Shown here one piece after another: positions 37,832 through 47,403 of a DNA stretch of 64,000 nt. Within the stretch, counting starts at the first letter, position 1; each line of letters starts with the position of its first letter. The translations under genes were made by a program, and so were the position numbers. Where the stretch lies: assembly GCA_963741075.1 (NCBI GenBank), contig CAVUGS010000012.1, positions 26,351 to 90,350 of the forward strand, given 5' to 3'. The notes beneath the pieces are model-generated. The model did not search any database, was not told where the DNA came from, and saw only the letters and a program-made list of their open reading frames with translations. This stretch comes from an uncultured Thermoleophilia bacterium (GTDB taxonomy: Bacteria; Actinomycetota; Thermoleophilia; UBA2241).

Positions 37832-39297
37832 AGCGGAACCTGTTCGCCGGCCGCCGCAGGAGTGGCGGCCTCAAGTTGGACGTGTTCACCGAGGACGAGA
37901 TCCAGGACATCCACCTGTCGACGCTCGAGGTGCTCGAGCGCACCGGCGTGTGGGTGGAGCTGGACGAGGCGCTCGACATCTACAGCGACGGCGGGTGCGT
38001 CGTCGACCGCGAGTCGCACATCGTGCGCATCCCGCCGCACGTGGTCGAGGACGCCATCGCCAGCGCGCCGCCGAGCGTGGTGCTCTGCGGCCGCGACCCG
38101 AGGAACGACATCTGCCTGGAGCCGGGCCGCGTGGGCTTCAGCAACTTCGGCGAGGGCATCCAGGTCATCGACCCGCGCACGGGCGAGCTGAGGGCCTCGA
38201 CGAAGAAGGACCTCGGAGAGATCGCCCGTCTGGTGGACGCGCTGGACGAGGTCGACGTGTTCGAGATGGCCGTCGTCTCCAGCGACCAGCCGCCGGCGTC
38301 GTTCTCGCTGCACAACCACGAGGCGGCCATCGTCAACCAGACGAAGCCGATCTCGGGCGGCGCCCAGGACGGCGACGCCGTCCACCGCACGGTGGACATG
38401 CTCGCCGCCGTCCAGGGCAGCAAGGACGCCGTGCGCGAGCGGCCGATGATGGTCATGGGCACCTGCCCGGTCAGCCCGCTCAAGCTCGTCAAGGACTTCT
38501 GCGAGATCGTCATCGAGTCCGCCCGCGTCGGCCTGCCGAGCTGCGTGCTCAGCATGGCCATGGCCGGCGGCTCGAGCCCGGTGACGCTCGCCGGCACGCT
38601 GGTCACCCACAACGCCGAGGTGCTCGCCGGCATCGTCCTCGGCCAGCTCACCGAGCGCGGCAGCAAGCAGCTCTACGGCTCGTCGACGACGGCCATGGAC
38701 CTGCGGCTCGTCGCGGCCTCGGTCGGCACGCCGGAGTGCGCGCTGATCAGCGCCGGCGCGGCGCAGCTCGCCAGGCAGTACCGCCTGCCGAGCTACATCG
38801 CCGGTGCGTAGGGGGACAGCAAGCTCAGTGACGTGCAGACCGGTCACGAGAAGACCCTCACGGCCCTCATGGCAGCGTTGGCAGGGACCAACCTGATCTA
38901 CGGCCTGGGAATGATCGAGTCGGGCGTCACCTTCGATTACGCGCAGCTGGTCATCGACAACGAGATCGCGCGCATGGTCAAGCACGTCGTCGGCGGCGTG
39001 CGCGTCGACGACGAGTCTCTGGCGGTGGACGACATCGCCGCCGTCGGTTCGTTCGGCGACTTCCTCAGCCTGGACGCGACGATGCGCCACATGCGCGACA
39101 CGTCGCAGCCGGAGCTCATCGACCGCCGCGTGCGCGAAGACTGGGAGGCGCGCGGCTCCAGCGACATGTACCAGCGCGCGATGGAGAAGGCGCGCGGCCT
39201 CCTGGAGACGCACCAGCCCGAGCCGCTGCCGGACGACGTGCTCAGGCAGGTGCGGAGCATCGTCGACAAGGCGGACCGGGAGCGGGCGACCGACTGA
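37828..39297 (+). CDS. mttB: Trimethylamine:corrinoid methyltransferase with in-frame TAG (codon 328), predicted pyrrolysine
   Basis: YIAGA-TAG(38809-11)-GDSKLSDVQTGHEKT continues in frame to TGA 39297. 489 aa, MttB motifs on both sides of the TAG. Confidence 0.9.
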
Positions 39298-39342
39298 CGG
39301 AGTCGCCCGCGGGGCTCACCGCCCGGTCGCCTCCGCCTCTCG

Positions 39343-40044
39343 TCAGCCGCCCGGCGATGTGCTCAGCTGGCCGAGCACCGGGAGCGCGCCGAGGGTGGTC
39401 GACCACCAGCCGTTGGTCAGCATCACCCTGAGCGCGTAGGTCGCCCCGCCGCCCGTGTAGCTGAAGCAGCCCACGGTGGTCCCGGCGGCCATGTCTGCGC
39501 CGGTCCAGGGGTTCTTGGGCCAGATGAAGCTCGTGCCGAAGCCTGTGGCAGTGACGACGTCGGGGGTTGGGTACGCGCCGGCATGTGACGCCGCGTAGGC
39601 CTCGACGTAGCGTTGCAGCAGCAACAGGTTCTGCTTCGATGCCGTGTTGCGCTCCGGTTTGAACCAGGCGGGGACGCCGCCCGTCAGCGGCCAATTGCCG
39701 CTCGACAGGTGGACGACGAACCTGTACGTCGCGCCGCTGGCGCTCGGGGTGTACGTGTAGGTGCCTCGCGCGGTGCCGGGCCCCATGATCCTTCCGGTCC
39801 AGGGGTTGGACGGCCAGATGCTCGTCGAGCCGGGGAGCCCGCCGCCCTTCTTGACCATCGACTTCGGAGGATAGATGAAGCGGTTGTTCTGTCCGTAGTC
39901 GTTGATGTACTTCTGGATGAGGAGCGCGCCGGCCTGCACCTGCTTGTCGACGAAGCTCACGGCCTCGGCGCGGGGCGCCGCGGCGGCGAGGAGCAGGGCG
40001 AGCACGGCGGTCGCAAGGACGACGGCGATCATGCGTCTGGTCAC
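39343..40044 (-). CDS. Secreted protein with two WPxNP pilin-head-like domains
   Basis: Signal peptide ending AEA. YPP..WPSNPWTG and YPT..WPKNPWTG. Confidence 0.82.
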   Translation of the reverse strand: MTRRMIAVVLATAVLALLLAAAAPRAEAVSFVDKQVQAGALLIQKYINDYGQNNRFIYPPKSMVKKGGGLPGSTSIWPSNPWTGRIMGPGTARGTYTYTPSASGATYRFVVHLSSGNWPLTGGVPAWFKPERNTASKQNLLLLQRYVEAYAASHAGAYPTPDVVTATGFGTSFIWPKNPWTGADMAAGTTVGCFSYTGGGATYALRVMLTNGWWSTTLGALPVLGQLSTSPGG

Positions 40045-40063
40045 GGGGTGCCTCCTGTGGTGG

Positions 40064-41095
40064 TCAGGGCTCCGGGGTGCCGGAGCCGCGCGCCGGCGCC
40101 GCAGGCGACGGCGCGGTGCCGCCGGCCTGGAAGTCGCCGGAGTGAAGATGGACGGTGAGGGTGAAGACGCCGGCGGCGCCGGGTGCGTACGTGAAGGCGC
40201 CGGGGCCGGTGCCCGGCAGCATCGCGGCGCCGCTGCTCGGGTCCTGCGGCCAGTCGGGATGCGCCGCGCCGACGGCGGCCGTCGGCGACATCTCGGTGAC
40301 CCTGGGCAGGGCGCCGGCGTGCTGCAGCGCCCACTGGTCGACGTAGCCCTTGAGGATCCGCCCGCTGCGGCGCAGGATCTCGTCCTCCAGGCTGGCCAGC
40401 AGCTGCTGCCAGGGGCTGGTCCTGATGGTCCCGGTGAGCACGTAGTCGCCCTTGAGGGCGCGGTGCAGGCGCAGCCGGTACGACGACCTGTCGGGGGCGA
40501 CCGCGTACGAGAACGAGCCGCGGTCGCGGCGCTGCACCATGACGGAGTGGTTCCACGGATTGCTCGGCCAGTAGTGGTGCTTCGGCTCGTTGCCCACGGG
40601 GCCGTCCGCGCGCACCTCACCCGGCATCGGGTACACGCCGTCGTGCGCGGCGGCGTAGTCCTCAACGTACTGACGGATGAGGTTGATGCCCTCTTCGCTG
40701 CGGTGGTCGTAGGCGAGCTTGACGAAGTGTGGCATGCCTCCGGAGAGGACGAAGGTGCGGCCGCCCTCGAGATAGCCGACGAGGTGGTAGCGGCGGCGGT
40801 CGCGGTTCACCGTGTAGCGGAAGTGCCCGCGACTGGTGCCCGGCGTCAGGTCGGAGCCGGTCCAGGGATCGTCGGGCCACCACGAGCCGCCGAGGTGTCC
40901 GGCGCGGACGGACGGGCCCCGCGGGTACGTGAAGAAGCGCTCGGCGCCCTGCCGGTCGATGAGGCCGCGCAAGGCCATCACGGCCTGGCGCATCTCGTCG
41001 TCGGGGGAGGCGGCGCGGGCCGGCGCGGCAGCGCCCGCGCCGACGCAGGCCGCCGCGAGCAGCGCGGCGCAGAGGATGAGCGTGAGTCGGATCAT
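40064..41095 (-). CDS. Secreted protein with three WPxNP pilin-head-like domains
   Basis: Signal peptide ending ARA. WPDDPWTG, WPSNPWNH, WPQDPSSG. Confidence 0.82.
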   Translation of the reverse strand: MIRLTLILCAALLAAACVGAGAAAPARAASPDDEMRQAVMALRGLIDRQGAERFFTYPRGPSVRAGHLGGSWWPDDPWTGSDLTPGTSRGHFRYTVNRDRRRYHLVGYLEGGRTFVLSGGMPHFVKLAYDHRSEEGINLIRQYVEDYAAAHDGVYPMPGEVRADGPVGNEPKHHYWPSNPWNHSVMVQRRDRGSFSYAVAPDRSSYRLRLHRALKGDYVLTGTIRTSPWQQLLASLEDEILRRSGRILKGYVDQWALQHAGALPRVTEMSPTAAVGAAHPDWPQDPSSGAAMLPGTGPGAFTYAPGAAGVFTLTVHLHSGDFQAGGTAPSPAAPARGSGTPEP

Positions 41096-41253
41096 GTGCT
41101 TGGTGATGGCCCCTTCTTCCTCTCCAGTGTCGCCGCAGGTGCGAGACGGGTCAACTGCGCCGGACATTCGCGGCCACGCGCCTGCTGATACGATTCGCCC
41201 CGGGCGCCGCGGAGCCTGCGGCCGCGCATCACTCTTGAGGCAAGGAGTTGCCG

Positions 41254-42640
41254 GTGGAAGCGAAGATCCCGACCCGTATGGGCGACGGGTTCATGGTCGA
41301 GATGTCGCGCAGCGAGCTGCGCGCCGATCTGGAGGACGCGACGCAGGCGGCGGCGCGCAAGGCCAAGGTCCCGCCGCTCGCGCAGGACGAGCTCGACCAC
41401 CTCCTGGACATCTACGCCTCGCGCGCCGCGTTCACCGCCGTCGACATCGGCGACCAGGTGGTCCTCAGCTGCGACGGCGGCGGCAGCAAGATGACCGGCA
41501 CCGACCTCCTCGACCTGCTCGAGAGCGAGCAGCGCCTGGGCCAGGACATCCTCGAGCTCTGGCACATCGAGTACAGCTACAAGGCCATCAAGACGATCCT
41601 GCCGTTCCAGCAGCAGGTGATGCAGAACTGCCAGCTGATGATGACGGCGCCGGTGCAGTACGGCGCGCAGCCCAACCTCGCCTTCTACAGCAAGCCCGAC
41701 GGACCGGCGGAGAACTGGTTCGAGCTGCTGCCGCGCGGCGACATCGCCGGCGCCCGCGCGGCCATCGACGAGGCCATGGATCACGCCACCAAGGACTTCA
41801 TCTACGTGGGCGAGGGCATGCTGGACGCCGGCGCCGACGGCATGGACTTCGACACCACCGGCGGCGCCGGCGACGCCGACTTCTTCAGCACGCTCCGCGC
41901 GGTGAAGCACCTGCGCGAGCACTACCCGGACGCCGGCATCGAGGTCGGCATGGCCGGCGAGTTCGTGATCGGCGTCCACGGCGAGCTCGAGTGGGACGGC
42001 CGCCGGCTGGCCGGGCTCTGGCCGAAGGAGCAACTCGAGGTGTGCCAGGACGCCGGCGCCACCATCTTCGGGCCGGCGGTGAACATCCGCACCGGCAAGA
42101 GCTGCGCCTGGAACGCGGCCTACTCGATCACGGTGACCAAGCCGTGCATGGACGTCGCCCGCATCCCCGTGCACCCCAACGTGGGCGAGGGAGTGGGCGG
42201 CGTGCCGGTGAACGGCTACCCGCCCGAGGACGCGGCGTCCCGGGCGGCCAAGGCGCACGTCGACATCCTCAAGTGCGACGGGTTGTAGGTGGGCTCGGGT
42301 GACTCCAGAGGCATGGACGTCACCCACGCGCTCGCCGCGGGCATGGGCGGGATGCGCACGGCCGGAGACCTGGTCGCGCGCATGCAGATGGCCCGCGGGA
42401 TGCGTCTGGACGAGGCGAAGCGGATACGTGGCCGAGAGGCTCGGCTGCACCGTCCGCGACCTCAGCGACAGCTACGCGATGGAGCAGATCCGCGGCGAGA
42501 AAGGCCTGGGCCGGATCCTCGACCACTCCAACCTGCACCCGGGCGAGCCGAACGCGATGATGGCCAAGTTCCGCATCGCCGAGCTGCTCGGCGTGCCGAT
42601 CAGGTCGGTGGAACGCTTTCGGGAGCTGGCGGGGCTGTGA
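41254..42640 (+). CDS. mtbB: Dimethylamine:corrinoid methyltransferase with in-frame TAG (codon 345), predicted pyrrolysine; 1-nt frameshift near 42423
   Basis: RMGDG, YGAQPNL..PDGP.EN, GADGMDFDTTG, GMAGEF, LAGLWP, CDGL-TAG(42286-88)-VGSGD..GM..AGDLVARMQ match the MtbB family. SD AAGGAG. Confidence 0.88.
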
Positions 42641-42739
42641 CGGGGCCGCCGTGGGGGCGGGCGGTTCTTCGGATGCCCGCTTGACCTCACGTCGAACGCT
42701 GCCGATAGGGGTGGCAGCGACTCTGGAGGGCAAAGCGAG

Positions 42740-43123
42740 ATGAAGCGGATCACGAGCGTGGTGCTCGTCGCGTTGCTGGCGCTCGGCGCCGCGGCGGCTC
42801 TCGGCGGCTGCGGTCTGCAGGACCAGGCCGTGGAGAACACCAGCGGCAAGATCGACGTGGCCAAGGACGCCGCCGTCAAGGCGCAGCTGCTGATGATCAA
42901 GACGGGCATCCAGGCGTACATCGCGACGAGCAGCACGCCGCCGGCCGACGCGTCGCAGGCGACGCTGGGCAACTTCGTGAGCCCCTGGCCCACGAACCCC
43001 TTCTCCAACAAGCCGATGAAGCCGGGAGGGGGCGCGGGCGACTACGTCTACGCGCCCGGCGCCGGCGCCGCGTACACGCTGTCGGTCAATCTCTCCGACG
43101 GGACGCAGTACACGGCGCCGTGA
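42740..43123 (+). CDS. Lipoprotein with a single WPxNP pilin-head-like domain
   Basis: Lipobox LGGC. WPTNPFSNKPMKPGGGAGDYVY. Confidence 0.82.
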   Translation: MKRITSVVLVALLALGAAAALGGCGLQDQAVENTSGKIDVAKDAAVKAQLLMIKTGIQAYIATSSTPPADASQATLGNFVSPWPTNPFSNKPMKPGGGAGDYVYAPGAGAAYTLSVNLSDGTQYTAP

Positions 43124-43174
43124 TTTGAGGCCACCCTCGGCAATTGCTACCCTAGTCTGAAGAAGGGGGTCGGT

Positions 43175-44290
43175 GTGGTGGGGTTCTCGGGGAGCGGGTG
43201 GCGCGTGAGACTCGGGCTGGTGGCGCTGGGCGTCGCCTGCCTGATCGGCATCTCCATCCCCATCGCCATGGGCGGCGACTCCACGCCCACGTGGCAGCTC
43301 AAGAGCTACTACAGCCGCGGCGTGGACCGGAGCTTCAAGGCCGACCTCTACGAGGAGATGCCCAAGGTGCCGCGCGTGCTCGTCTTCGGCGGCTCGCGCA
43401 GCCTGCGCATGGACCCGGCCACCATCAAGCGCAAGACCGGCCTCACGGCGTTCAACTTCGGCGTCCACAACGGCCGCCCCGAGGACGCCTGGGCGGTCAC
43501 CGACTGGGCGCTGGACAGCCATCCCGACAAGCCCCCGGCGGTCATCTGGTGCATGCAGGCGACCACGCTGGCCGACGTACCCATGAACCCCGGCCTCATC
43601 GTCGACGAGCGCCTCTCCCAGGCGTTCCCGCAGTCACTCATCGACGCCAAGATGAGCTGGGCCATGAAGCAGCCCAAGCGCAACATCCTCTCCGGCCGCC
43701 GGTACGGCTTCGACGGCATGCTGTGGTGGAACAGCTATGACGCCAAACGCCAGGCGGGCCTCACGCTGCAGCGGTCCCTCGACGGCTACCTCGACGCCGA
43801 CATGCTGGCCAGGGCCGGCAACGGCAAGATCCCGCGCGACACGCGGTCCATGGCGTACTTCGTGCGGACCATCCGTCTGCTCAACAAGCACCGCATCAAG
43901 CCGCTCATCGTGATCATGCCGTACCATCCGCGGGCGCTCAGCGCGTTCCTCTCGGTGGGCTGGGGCGTCAAGGAGAGGTGGCTGAGGACCTACCTCTCCA
44001 AGCTGTCCGAGCACCTGGACTTCAGGGTGCTGAACTGCCTGCGGATCAGCACCTTCGGCGGCACGGCGAACGGGTTCTACGACGGCGCGCACCTCACCGC
44101 GGACAACTCGCGGCGGCTCATCCGCTACTGCATCGCGCACGCGCCGTCGTGCTTCAGGCTGCCCCCGCCGCCGAAGCCCACGCCGAGCCCGTCGCCGAGC
44201 TCGAGCGCGAGCCCGGCGCCGCTGGTGCCCGCCCCGGCGTACACGCCGGTGCCCGAGGACACGAGCGCCCCGGCGGACTTCCTCGAGTAG
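43175..44290 (+). CDS. Exported SGNH/DltD-AlgX-like protein with Pro/Ser tail
   Basis: N-terminal TM/signal, VLVFGGSRS (block I), FYDGAHL (DxxH). TAG stop. Confidence 0.6.
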   Translation: MVGFSGSGWRVRLGLVALGVACLIGISIPIAMGGDSTPTWQLKSYYSRGVDRSFKADLYEEMPKVPRVLVFGGSRSLRMDPATIKRKTGLTAFNFGVHNGRPEDAWAVTDWALDSHPDKPPAVIWCMQATTLADVPMNPGLIVDERLSQAFPQSLIDAKMSWAMKQPKRNILSGRRYGFDGMLWWNSYDAKRQAGLTLQRSLDGYLDADMLARAGNGKIPRDTRSMAYFVRTIRLLNKHRIKPLIVIMPYHPRALSAFLSVGWGVKERWLRTYLSKLSEHLDFRVLNCLRISTFGGTANGFYDGAHLTADNSRRLIRYCIAHAPSCFRLPPPPKPTPSPSPSSSASPAPLVPAPAYTPVPEDTSAPADFLE

Positions 44291-44344
44291 GTCGCGGCGC
44301 GCGGGCGCGCGGCGCCGCCGCGGCGGGCTGCGCGGAGGCGCCGC

Positions 44345-45721
44345 TCAGGCGCCGATCAGCTTCTTGACGCAGGTCGCCCGCTTGCTCGGGCGCCCCGTCC
44401 GCGCCTCCACGTCGTCGGCGCTCCCCATGGCCTTGAGCGCCGCGTTCACGCCGATCCAGCGCAGCGGCTCGGGCTCCCAGGCCCTGGAGCGGTGGTTGAC
44501 CCAAGGCAGCCGGGTGAGCTCCGTCTCCTGTCGGAGGATGAGGTCGCGCAGCGTGCGGGCGGCGAGGTTCGTCGTCGACACGCCGTCGCCGACGTAGGCG
44601 CCGGCCCAGGCCATGCCGGAGTCGCGGTCCAGGCCGACCGAGGTGTACCAGTCGCGGGGGGCCGCGACCGCCCCTCCCCAGTGGTGGGTGACCTTCGCGT
44701 CGCCGATGGCGGGGAAGAGCTCACCGAGCAGGGAGCGGAGGTGGTCGCGGACGGCCGGGTCGCGTTCGTAGGCCTCGCTCAGGCGGGAGCCGAAGTGATA
44801 CGGGGCGCCGCGCCCGCCGATGGCGATGCGGCCGTCCTCGGTGCGCATGGCGTAGAAGATGAGGAAGCGGAAGTCGCCGAAGACCTCGCGCCGGGACCAG
44901 CCGACCTCGTCCCAGAAGGCCGCGGGGAGCGGTTCCGTGCCGATCATCAGCGAGTAGATCGGCACCAGCGTGCGCTCGTAGCCGGGGAGCTCGGGCGTGA
45001 ACGCCTCGGTGGCGCGCACGACGACGTCGGCGCGCACGTCGCCAAGCGCGGTGGCGGCGAGGTGGGGCTCGAGCCTGGTGACCGGGGTGTGCTCGTAGAT
45101 GGGCACCCCCAGGCCTTCGACGACGTCGGCGAGCCCGCGGGCCAGCCGGGCCGGGTCCACACAGGCGCCGTGCGGCGTGTACGTGGCGCCCAGACACCCG
45201 GCCACCTTGACGCGCTCGCGCATGTCGGCGGCGCCGAGCAGGACGTAGTCCTCCTCGCCGAAGCCCCACGAGCGCTCGTACTCGATCTCCCTGCGGGCGC
45301 GCAGCAACTGGACCGGCGTGAGTGCGAGGTCCATCTGGCCGCCGAGGTGGAAGCGCGCGTCGATGCCCTCTTCGTCCACGACGCGCGCGACCTCGTACAC
45401 GGTGCGGTGCAGGGCGCGCTGCTGGTCGACGACCGCCTGCCGCCCGTGCGTCCGGGCCGCCAGCTCACGGGAGCCGGGGAAGGTGGTGTGGCACCAGCCG
45501 CCGTTGCGTCCCGAGGCTCCGAAGCCGGCGATCTCGCGCTCGAGCACGGCCACGCGCAGGTGCGGGTCGGCCTTCTTGAGGTAGTAGGCCGTCCACAGAC
45601 CGGTGTAGCCGGCGCCGACGATGGCGACATCCACGTCGGTGTCGCCGGGGAGCGAGGGACGCGGGGCGAGCTCGCCGGGGATGCCGTCGAGCCACATGCT
45701 GCGCGCGCGGTAGTCGGTCAT
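44345..45721 (-). CDS. FAD-dependent oxidoreductase (PuuB/DadA-like)
   Basis: DVAIVGAGYTGLWTA, GASGRNGG, HHWGG, YVGDGV. Confidence 0.88.
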   Translation of the reverse strand: MTDYRARSMWLDGIPGELAPRPSLPGDTDVDVAIVGAGYTGLWTAYYLKKADPHLRVAVLEREIAGFGASGRNGGWCHTTFPGSRELAARTHGRQAVVDQQRALHRTVYEVARVVDEEGIDARFHLGGQMDLALTPVQLLRARREIEYERSWGFGEEDYVLLGAADMRERVKVAGCLGATYTPHGACVDPARLARGLADVVEGLGVPIYEHTPVTRLEPHLAATALGDVRADVVVRATEAFTPELPGYERTLVPIYSLMIGTEPLPAAFWDEVGWSRREVFGDFRFLIFYAMRTEDGRIAIGGRGAPYHFGSRLSEAYERDPAVRDHLRSLLGELFPAIGDAKVTHHWGGAVAAPRDWYTSVGLDRDSGMAWAGAYVGDGVSTTNLAARTLRDLILRQETELTRLPWVNHRSRAWEPEPLRWIGVNAALKAMGSADDVEARTGRPSKRATCVKKLIGA

Positions 45722-45838
45722 GTCGGGCTCCTTCGAGGGTGGACCGATGCTAACAAACGCGTCGACGGTGCGGCAGACCGCCGAGTTTGCCCGGTGGAAC
45801 AAAGAGTGCGACGGCGACTCGCCCGGGAGGTGAGCACG

Positions 45839-46441
45839 GTGAGCGCGAGCAGGTTCGAAGAGGCGTACAAGGGCACCCCGCCCTGGGACATCGGCCGGGC
45901 GCAGCCGGCGTTCGAGCAGGTGGCGGCGGACGGCCTGGTGGCCGGGCCGGTGCTGGACGCGGGCTGCGGCACGGGCGAGAACGCCCTCTACTTCGCCGCG
46001 CGGGGTCTGGAGGTGGTCGGCGTGGACGCCGTGGACGCGGCCATCGCCGCCGCGCGCGCCAAGGCGGATGAGCGCGGCCTCCGGGCCGAGTTCCTCGTGC
46101 ACGACGCCCTCGCCCTCGGCGAGCTCGGGCGGCGGTTCCGCACCGTGCTCGACTCAGGCCTCTTCCACACCTTCGAGGACGACGAGCGGCCGCGCTACGT
46201 GGCTTCGCTCGCGGCCGCCACGGCCCTCGGTGCGCGCCTGTTCGTCCTCTGCTTCAGCGAGTACGAGCCCGGTGGAGGCGGACCCCGGCGCGTGACGCAG
46301 GCGGAGCTGCGCGAGGCGTTCGACCGGCCGCCGTTCCGCGTGCTCCGCATCGACGCGGCCGAGATGGCGACGAATCTCGAGGGCGGCGGCCGCAAGGCCT
46401 GGCTGGCGAGGGTGGAGCGGGTGGCGTCGCTGCGCGGGTAG
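45839..46441 (+). CDS. Class I SAM-dependent methyltransferase
   Basis: PPWDIGRAQ, VLDAGCGTGEN, VLDSGLFH. TAG stop. Confidence 0.9.
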   Translation: MSASRFEEAYKGTPPWDIGRAQPAFEQVAADGLVAGPVLDAGCGTGENALYFAARGLEVVGVDAVDAAIAAARAKADERGLRAEFLVHDALALGELGRRFRTVLDSGLFHTFEDDERPRYVASLAAATALGARLFVLCFSEYEPGGGGPRRVTQAELREAFDRPPFRVLRIDAAEMATNLEGGGRKAWLARVERVASLRG

Positions 46442-46464
46442 ATCCGGGCGCCGCCGCGGGTGCG

Positions 46465-47400
46465 TCAGGGAACGAGCACCAGCTTGCCCAGCGCGGGCCG
46501 CTCCATGATCAGGCGGTGGGCCCGTGGGGCCTCCGCGAGCGGAAGCTCGCGGCCGACCACGGGCTTGAGCACCCCGCTGCGCAGCCCGGCGTCCACGGCG
46601 GCGCGCGCGGCCGCCTCTTCCTCGGGCCGCGCGTTCGGCGTGCGCATGCCGAGGATGGTCCCCTCCGCGTTCATCAGGTCGCGCGCGTCGACCTGCACGA
46701 CGCCGCGGCTTCCCACCACGACGACCCGGCCGCGCATGGCGAGCGCCTTGAGGTCGTTCCCGAGGTTGACGTTGGCGAGGAACTCGACGATGAGGTCGAA
46801 GCCCCGGCCGTCGGTGAGCTCGAGCGCTTCCGCGAAGTGGCCGGGGTCGCGGTGGTCCAGCACGTGCACGTCGCCCTGGCCGGCGACCAGCTCTCTGCCG
46901 GCCTCGCTTCCGGCCGTGCCCGTGACGTCGAGGCCCGCGGCAAGCGCGAGCTGCACGGTCGCGATGCCCACGCCGCCGCTGGCGCCGTGGATCAGCACGC
47001 GCTCGCCGGCCGTCGCGCCGGCCCGCTGGACGAGGGCGCGGTAGGCCGTGTAGTAGGGCACGCCGACCGCGGCGCCCTGCGCGTACGAGAGGCCGTCCGG
47101 CAGCGGCCGCACATCCTCCTCGAGGCACAGGGCGTACTCGGCGTAGGTGCCGCTCAGCGATCCGGTGAGGTACACGCGCTCCCCGGTGTCGGCGCGGACG
47201 CCGGCGCCGTCGCCGCCGGGCGTGTAGGGCAGGGCGGGCAGCTCGGTGTAGCGACCCTCCCGAACGTAGGTCTCGTAGGGGTTGACCCCGGCCGCCTGCA
47301 CGCGGACGAGCACCTCTCCCTGCACCGGTTCGGGTTGGGGCAGTTCCTCGACCTGCAGGACGTCGGGACCGCCGAACTCGTGGACGCGGACGGCGCGCAT
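46465..47400 (-). CDS. NADPH:quinone reductase (zeta-crystallin family)
   Basis: AAGVNPYE, HGASGGVG, GKLVL. Confidence 0.92.
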   Translation of the reverse strand: MRAVRVHEFGGPDVLQVEELPQPEPVQGEVLVRVQAAGVNPYETYVREGRYTELPALPYTPGGDGAGVRADTGERVYLTGSLSGTYAEYALCLEEDVRPLPDGLSYAQGAAVGVPYYTAYRALVQRAGATAGERVLIHGASGGVGIATVQLALAAGLDVTGTAGSEAGRELVAGQGDVHVLDHRDPGHFAEALELTDGRGFDLIVEFLANVNLGNDLKALAMRGRVVVVGSRGVVQVDARDLMNAEGTILGMRTPNARPEEEAAARAAVDAGLRSGVLKPVVGRELPLAEAPRAHRLIMERPALGKLVLVP

Positions 47401-47403
47401 GGC

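Noticed and set aside
37120-38811. 563-aa ORF suggesting a secreted-domain/MttB fusion
   Set aside because: An indel near 37590 creates it. The alternative frame encodes a proper second WPxNP domain ending at TGA 37831, and mttB has its own GTG at 37828.
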